From positions 6,386,001 through 6,450,000 of the forward strand of contig OZ024748.1 of assembly GCA_964016885.1 (NCBI GenBank): 64,000 nt of DNA, given 5' to 3'. The stretch comes from Eledone cirrhosa (taxonomy: Eukaryota). A program made the translations under genes and the position numbers. Each line of letters starts with the position of its first letter. Within the stretch, counting starts at the first letter, position 1. This document shows positions 55,251 to 64,000 of this stretch, piece by piece. A model generated the notes under the pieces. That model saw only the letters and a list, made by a program, of their open reading frames with translations, did no database searches and had not been told where the DNA came from.

Positions 55251-56042
55251 ATAATGTTTCTCTAAGTTTTCTATTCAACCTCCTTCGAAGTCTTGATTTT
55301 GAATGTCATCATATCGGGGACGATATTTAATAAGTAACTGTCAAGTATTTACTGGATCCAACTACTTGACTATAATCCTTCCACAACTCACAAAACGTGT
55401 TATTGTTGTTGTTGCTATTGATGGTAGTGTTAATGGCGTTGGTAGAGATGATGGTGATAACGGCAATTTCCTCAAGAGAAGACAAATAAAATAGGGGTTT
55501 CTCCCTTTGTACTAGAGGTGATGTACAGTAAATAAATCGTTTTTGTTAATGGTGGCGTTTAAAATAATAGCTTTGAGCAGCATTTTAATTCTGAGATTTT
55601 TCGAATTATGGGAAGGCGGTAGGCGGTACTGGAGGATGTTCCGATTGATGATAGTTAAAGATTAGTTATTAGAAATATATCAGTCATAGTGAAAGAATCC
55701 TTTTATAGATTTACTTTTGCATTATAGTAGCCATCATTCAGCACATTCTGTAGTTAATTGAATTAAGAAGAACACGAAAGGATGGTATTGCTTACTTTCA
55801 CTAGATTTGGTCGAATGTTTTTGAAGAATATGACAAGGCCACATGAAAGACATAGTAACTGAGAGGGAGGGGGGAATGGGTTTGACTGGGTGGAGTGAGA
55901 GTTTAAAGTAATAATGAATGTGTGTGTGTCTGCTTGTGTGTGTTTTCGTTTGTGTGTGAGTGTGTAAGCGGGAAATGGATACTTTTTACGAAAATATGCT
56001 GCCGAAGGGTTATACATACATACATGTATACATACATGAATG

Positions 56043-56190
56043 AGCATGGCTGGTCTCGCTTAGGGATCGAGCCAGATGAGATGGAATTGGTTGATTCTAA
56101 CAGGCCCGGCTGGAAGGAGTGTTTGAGGACTCTGCCCCTGCGACCCTCTCAGGAATAAATGGAAGAAGAAGAAGAAGAAGAAGAAGAAGA
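56043..56190 (+). mobile_element. 5'-truncated RTE (Rex3/Expander-like) LINE 3' end with (GAA)n tail
   Basis: GWSRLGIEPDEMELVDSNRPGWKECLRTLPLRPSQE* resembles the Expander C-terminus (AWERLGIP.EEL...W..LL.LLPPRP). Very short 3' UTR followed by (GAA)n. Confidence 0.75.
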
Positions 56191-57002
56191 TATTTATGTA
56201 TGGGTGTATATGTATGTACGTATGTACCTATGGATGTACGCATGCATATATGCAGTTATGTATGATTTAATGTATGTATGTAGGTAGGTACGTAGGTACG
56301 TAGGTAGATATATAGGTATGTATGGTATACGTGTATGTAAACACATACATAAACTAAAATACAAAGATACAGAGAGGGAGTTTAAATATATGGGTGTGTA
56401 TAAAGGAAGAAATATGCTTACGTATGTACCGTGTTGCTTTTCTTTATATATACACACTGCCACACGAACACATATGTCAATGTACATTTATAGATAGCAT
56501 GCGTGTAATGTGTGTATATATGTGTGTATTGTGTGTTTTTATGTGTATGTGATGTGTGTGTATATGTGTGTATTTTGTGTTTTTATGTGTATGTAATGTG
56601 AGTATATGTGTGTATATGTGTGTATATGTGTGTATTGTGTGTGTTTTATGTGTATGTAATGTGAGTATATGTGTATGTACTGTGTGTTTATATGAGTGTG
56701 TGATGTGTGTATAAAATGTAAGTAAGTATGTATATGCAGTGTATACGTGAGACTATAAACAGTAGAGGAAGTGTAATGATAAATTTAGGTGATGATAATA
56801 AGATGATGAAATGAAATATACAGAGAGACGTTAGCAGACGATAATTAGATAAGGAGATATTTGAAATAGTAAGAAACGGAGAAAATATCAATGGAATCTT
56901 TAAACCATAAAGAATGAACAAGAAAGGAAAGAAGAAATGAATGAAAGGACTTAAATACACAGGAAAAAAAACAAAGAGATAGAATGAGTGAGAGTGAGTA
57001 AG

Positions 57003-57059
<57 letters not shown>

Positions 57060-57382
57060 TTGAGAAAGAGAGTGTGTGTGAGAGAGTGAGTGTCTGTGAG
57101 AGAGAGAATGAGAGTGATTAAGAGTGAAAGAGAGAGAGTGTGTGTGTGTGTGTGTAAGTAAGTGTGTGAGAGAGTGTGACAGTGAGAGAGAGAGAGAAAG
57201 AGAGATTGAGGGAGAGAGAGGGAGAAGAATTGTACCTAGTATTTAACTGGTATGTTATTTTTTAAGAAATTACGAAACGCCAAGTCGATCTCGGTAACAA
57301 CGGAACAACTACAACAGACAGTAGCGACACCACCTCCAAATATTACAACAATAACATCATCAACAACAATAACAGCACCATC

Positions 57383-57978
57383 ACAACAACAACAACAACA
57401 ACAGCAACAACAACACCATAATCATCAACAACAACAACAACAACATCAACGACATCACCAATAACAACAACAACAACAACAACAAAAACATCAACGACAT
57501 CAACAATAACAACACCACCACCAACAAAAACAACAACGACATTAACAATAACAACAACACCACCAACAAAAACAACGACATCACCAATAACAACAACAAC
57601 ACCACCAACAAAAACAACGACATCAACAATAACAACAACATAATCATCGACAATAACAACAACATCAACGACATCACCAATAACAACAACAGGAACAACA
57701 ACAACAAAAACATCAACGACATCAACAATAACAACAACAACACCACCAACAATAACAACAACGGCATCACCAATAACAACAACAACAACACCAACAAGAA
57801 TATCAACAACACCACCACCACCAACAACATCAACAGCACCACAACAACAACACCACCAACAAGAATATCAACGACATCAACAATAACAACAACACCAACA
57901 AGAACATCAACAACAACACCACCAACAACAATACCACCAACAAGAATATCAACAACACCACCACCAACAACAACAACA
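57383..57978. repeat. (AAC)-rich degenerate triplet repeat
   Basis: Read directly. Confidence 0.9.
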
Positions 57979-58230
57979 TGCTATTTATCTTTCAACATAT
58001 TCCTATCGTCCGTCTTATGTCAAGATAAAACATCGCCTAACAACCAGAGCCTGCTCTCTTTGAAGAAATTTCACCCTCGGAACATAATGTCTTTCATGGC
58101 CGCCATTTTGTTTGTTTATTTGTTAGTTTCGTTGTGTGAGTAGGTGGCTGTTTGTGTGTGAGTGTGTGTGTCTGTGAGTGTGTGTGTGAGTGTGTGGGTA
58201 GGTGTGTGAGTGTGTGTGTGTGTGTGTGTA

Positions 58231-58263
<33 letters not shown>

Positions 58264-58376
58264 GACTGTTTCCCTCTCAATGTCTTTTGTGTAACTAATC
58301 AAGAATACAGTAGTATATGGTTTCTCTAATCCCCACCCTCCACACCGTCCCATCACTCAATATGTGTGCGTATGCG

Positions 58377-58482
<106 letters not shown>

Positions 58483-59212
58483 TTGCCATCTGCAATTATA
58501 TATCCTTCGCTCTTCTAATGAAAAATGTTTCTTTCTCGTCGTCTTCAAAGCAGTGGGTGAATAATTATATACTTGTCTTTGATGTAAATACAAATGTATA
58601 ACTATACATACATACACACATACACACACATATATATATATATATATATAATCACACACAAACATATATGTATAGGTCTTTTATTCGGCGACTTCGTTTT
58701 CTTTTCTTTTAAATTAGATTAATTATATTTATGCTCGCTGGTCGTTTGTCATTCAATGGAGTCTAATTTTAATAGACGCTTATTCTTAATGTGTATGAGA
58801 CGTTGAAAACTGAAATGATGACTGATATTTGTAGATGGAGGGTACAGCTCTTTGGACGACGAAAGGGGGAATTCGTTTGTTCATGACCTAATCTTGTGGC
58901 GATATATATCCCTAAGTTTCGGTAGCAGGTTTACCAGGATTCATGCTAAATCTGATCCTGACATGGTGCACAAGTCTCCAGCGATTGTGAAAATCGTAGG
59001 TCCCTTCTAAACCTAAGTCAAAAAACCATTGGCAATAATTGAGAACGAGTAGACAGCACGAGGCCAATTTGCAGGCTAACATAACAGGCTTCGCACGTGT
59101 TTTCTTATGATATATCACACACAGCTTTTCAGAATAGATCACATATATCCGCACTATCAAAATCTACCATGCTGATATCAAATGAAACTGTGGGATCAGA
59201 AATTTTACATTT

Positions 59213-59286
<74 letters not shown>

Positions 59287-59456
59287 TATCTGTATAAATA
59301 CCGAGTATAACCAAACCATCCTCAACCTGTATAAATATATACGTCGGCTGATAGTGCACTTACTATATATCTTAATTAATTACCAACACAAGCTCTAATC
59401 GTATCCAAATTAGTATCTCCACAAGTATATACACATATCTAATATGTGTATCATTA

Positions 59457-60467
<1,011 letters not shown>

Positions 60468-60777
60468 ATATTTATACACGTTAGTATAGTCTCGGTTATA
60501 CACTCTGTATTTATACATATATGTCTTTATGGTACACATTGGCTACAAACACAATTTATATATATATATATATATATATATAGGAAGTTATAGTTCACTT
60601 GAAGCATTTAGAACACTGGTTTAACCGCTTTACTTCCCTCCGAAGAAGAGATATTATCTCGAAAATTACTAGACTAATTGTCAACAATATCTTTTGCATT
60701 TGCATTCTTTATTCTATGTCCATACCTGCATTGTTTTGGCTTTATTATACATATACAAACGTTTATATATATATATA

Positions 60778-61400
60778 TACAATATATAGAGGGGAAAGAC
60801 ACAGGAGAGTATGTTTTTCATTACAGAATTCCTTTGAGCTCATTTAATTACATGATTATACGCGATTCCTTTGCTCCGTTATTTTTACTTGATATTTGCT
60901 CCTTGCGCTCTCTCTGCTGTTGAGCACCTTAAATTGAATAGTATAGGCTGCCATCTCTAGCAGCTTGTTCTGTTCATGGCACCAGTTACTGCTCCGAGCA
61001 CGCATTCCTCTTATGTCTACACGTGCGAAGGGTGGTTTATTTTAGTTCTCTCTCTAGTAGTGCGGACAATATCGGCCTTCCACATGCTGATGACCCACCG
61101 GGCTGTATTGGAACCCACTGAAATGGCGAAACATGCTCCTGGTGAGTGTGTACATGTGTGATTTAGGTGAGGATCGTCTTTCATTTCAATTTATACTTTT
61201 AATTTTAATGTTTTACCAATGCCTCTAGTAGCTTATATTCTTCTCACGCTGGTGGTTCGAAATTCCTGTAATGAAAAACACACTCTCCTGTGTCTTTCCC
61301 CTCTATATATTGTATTTTAAAGTGCCCAGGTAAACTATTTCCTTTGAACTCATTTAATTACAGGATTATACGCGAGTCCTTTGCTCCGTTATTTTTACTG

Positions 61401-61401
<1 letters not shown>
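60778..61401 (+). mobile_element. Retrozyme/Penelope pLTR-like element: 510-nt unit with terminal redundancy, 5' inverted segment and hammerhead
   Basis: Direct repeat 60829-60889 = 61339-61399 (3 mismatches). Inverted repeat 60778-60826 vs 61266-61314 (1 mismatch). Hammerhead at 61081-61158. (TA)n on both sides. Confidence 0.85.
61081..61158 (+). ncRNA. Type-I hammerhead ribozyme with all three helices
   Basis: Stem I CACATG/CATGTG; CTGATGA 61087-61093; stem II (C)CCA...TGG(C) with inner GGG/CCC; GAAA 61128-61131; helix III ACATGCTC/GAGTGTGT; predicted cleavage after GUA at 61152. The closing pair of stem II is a C-C mismatch. Confidence 0.8.
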
Positions 61402-61445
<44 letters not shown>

Positions 61446-61507
61446 CCATCTAACGCATGCTAACGTGGAAGAACGGACGTAAAACGGTGATATTATTATG
61501 ATGATGA

Positions 61508-61540
<33 letters not shown>

Positions 61541-61543
<3 letters not shown>

Positions 61544-61714
61544 CAAAGGAAGTGTGGTAAAGAACCAGGTGGACGATAACGCACCAGAGTACTCGATACT
61601 ATGTGTAGTAGAGTGGATAAGTGGGTAATAGAAAAGAGTCAGGACCCCGACGGCTGAGCTCCCTAGCTCTCGAAACGGCCGGAGCTCAGCCGTCGGGGTC
61701 CTGACCTTTTCCTA
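61541..61714 (-). mobile_element. Family B element with asymmetric arms
   Basis: Tail with GTACTCGATA, arms GTCAGGACCCCGACGGCTGAGCTCC / GGAGCTCAGCCGTCGGGGTCCTGAC. Confidence 0.85.
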
Positions 61715-61793
61715 TATATATATATATATATATACATAAATACATATGCCTATGTATTAAATATGCTTAGGTACATGAATATACACACAGTGA

Positions 61794-61844
<51 letters not shown>

Positions 61845-62625
61845 CACACATATATGATGTGAATGTTAGGAACGATGTGGTCGTTAATTTTATTATCATG
61901 TGATATGTTTCAGTTATGTCGCTGTTGTTTTTATTATTATTTTCTCTTTGTTTTTGTTTTGATTTTGTAGTTCTTAGATGTTTGTATTTTTCTACTCCTT
62001 CACCTGTCTTCACACCTCCTCCTCCCACAACCCACCTCCCACTCCCTCTCTTCAACACACTGCTTTCATATTTCTACTTCCTGTGAGATGTGTCTCTCTC
62101 CTCTATAATTCTCATAATTCCTCTAATACCCATAATTCCGCTAATCTGCAGTCAACCAATCTTGAATTGAATGACGTCCCACAAACTCTACAGCTGTGAC
62201 CATTAGTAGTGGAGAGGGTGAGAGGGTGTTATTATAGTAAGGATTACCTCCCCCTGTCAATCCAAAATGTCACTGGGGTTTTCCCATTGGATATTTATGG
62301 ACTTTCCACTAATCCTTCGTCACTCTTTCTTTGACAATTTTTACTATTATTTTTATTATTATTTAAATTGTTATTGTTATTGCTGTTGGTGTAGTAGTAG
62401 TAGTAGTAATAGTAGTAGTAGTTGTTGTTGTCGTCGTTGTTGTTGTTGTTGTGTAAACATCTATTATTTCTTCTCATATTTATTTTACAAAGAATAAATA
62501 TTATTCAGCATTACATATGTATGAGTGTATATATGTGTGTATATATATATACATATATACAAATATATATATATATATATATTGTATATCTACACCTATA
62601 TGTAGGTACATATATATATATATGA

Positions 62626-62664
<39 letters not shown>

Positions 62665-63515
62665 TCCATATATGTCTGTGTGTGTGTGTGTGTGTGTTTT
62701 TCTCCTCTGCCATATTTTAGGTGATTCTTGACTGCTGCTGTTGACAGTTACATTACTGGTCACTGAATAGTGTGGAATATATATATAGGTGTGCGTGTGT
62801 GTGCGTACGTGTACTATGTGTGTATTGGCATATATGATTTCTGTATGTGTGTGTGTGCGAGAGACAGAGAGTCTTCTTATCTGACCAAACTAGACGTGTT
62901 CCTAACAGATCTTTCCATGAAAGATGATAAAGGTTATTCTAATAATATTGTTGTTAGTGTTGTTGTTATTTTTAACCTAACACAAGGAGATCAATTCTAA
63001 CAAACAGGGATAAAAGTTAGAAGGAAAGAAGACTGACCAAGACACGAAATGTTAGCACAAATGTTTATTTTTGTTTATTTTTTCTATCTATTTTGATATA
63101 TATTGCAATAATTCTTTCAGTAATTTTATTTATATATTTTAATTTAACTTTTATATATTAATATATATTTATTTATGCATTTTTCTGATTCTTGACTCCT
63201 ATCTAAAAACCATCTTGAAATTCTTGTCACCCGTTGAGATTACTTACAATCCTATTTCAGGGATTTGGTGTAAACATTCGTATAAGAGAATTCTATCTAT
63301 ATTCGATTTATATATACGCGATATTCTTAAATATTTACAAGTACATACATAAGTGTTTTTATGTTTGTTTGTTTGTTTGTTTTAGTATGTATGGGTGTTT
63401 TTGTGCGTGTGTTTTTGAGAGTGAGAGCAGATGAAAGAGTACAGCTCTCCTGACTTGAGGAAACATGTTTCCACTCACAGAGTTGCTGAAGCATGAAACA
63501 AACTACCTGCATACG

Positions 63516-63715
63516 TTAGGCACAATGACAGTTATTTGAAGGGTAGGAGCAAAGTCGATTAAATCGACACCAGTACGTGACAGGTACTTTATTTTATCGA
63601 CCTCGTAAGAAAGGAAGGCAAAGCTAATTTCGGTGGGATTTGAACTCAGAACGTAGATGATACTAACTCTATGCTACGAAGCAGGGTGTGCGATGCTCTA
63701 CCGATACTGCCAATC
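63516..63715 (-). mobile_element. tRNA-derived SINE, long variant
   Basis: Reverse-strand A box CCGATACTGCCAAT, B box GGATTTGAACTC, and the core segment. Confidence 0.85.
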
Positions 63716-64000
63716 AACTGACTTTACTGCTATCCATAGTTCAGCATGTAACGGCTAGCCAAAATTTTTGTTTGCAAATTCCTAATTATATTAATTTATC
63801 TTATGTTAATCTTGATCTTAACTTCCGTTAAGAATTGATGAATGGGAAGGGAGGTAATTCACAAATGATGTCAAGAAACGTAAGGAACCAATCACCGAGG
63901 CCAGCAGAAACATGATATCGAGGAGATAATTAAGAATTAGTTTCGTAGTAATTAAACTGGTGTTAGTGATTATATACCAAATATAATATATATATTCAAT

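Overview
AT-rich, microsatellite-saturated eukaryotic non-coding DNA (intron or intergenic). The repeat content looks most like an octopus/cephalopod genome, which is an inference from memory, not a database result. I can support no intact protein-coding gene: almost all ORFs in the track are translations of (TA)n, (CA)n, (GA)n or triplet repeats. Identifiable content includes more than 15 tRNA-derived SINE copies, a ~605-bp RTE-related retroposon (3 copies, one with a 26-bp target-site duplication), degenerate RTE, CRE and possibly Penelope coding fragments, a probable non-autonomous Helitron, and several minisatellites. The main signal is a set of at least 8 sequence-unrelated families of short (120-620 bp) elements inserted in (TA)n tracts. 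They share one architecture: a 5' inverted arm, a direct arm, and an unpaired 3' tail usually carrying a TRTYGAGYNC-like motif. Many contain complete or partial type-I hammerhead ribozyme motifs (best at 61081-61158, 33239-33304 and 45-87). I interpret them as microsatellite-targeted, hammerhead-bearing non-autonomous Penelope-like retroelements or retrozymes. One copy (60778-61401) preserves a 510-nt circularly permuted unit. All folds and alignments were done by eye.
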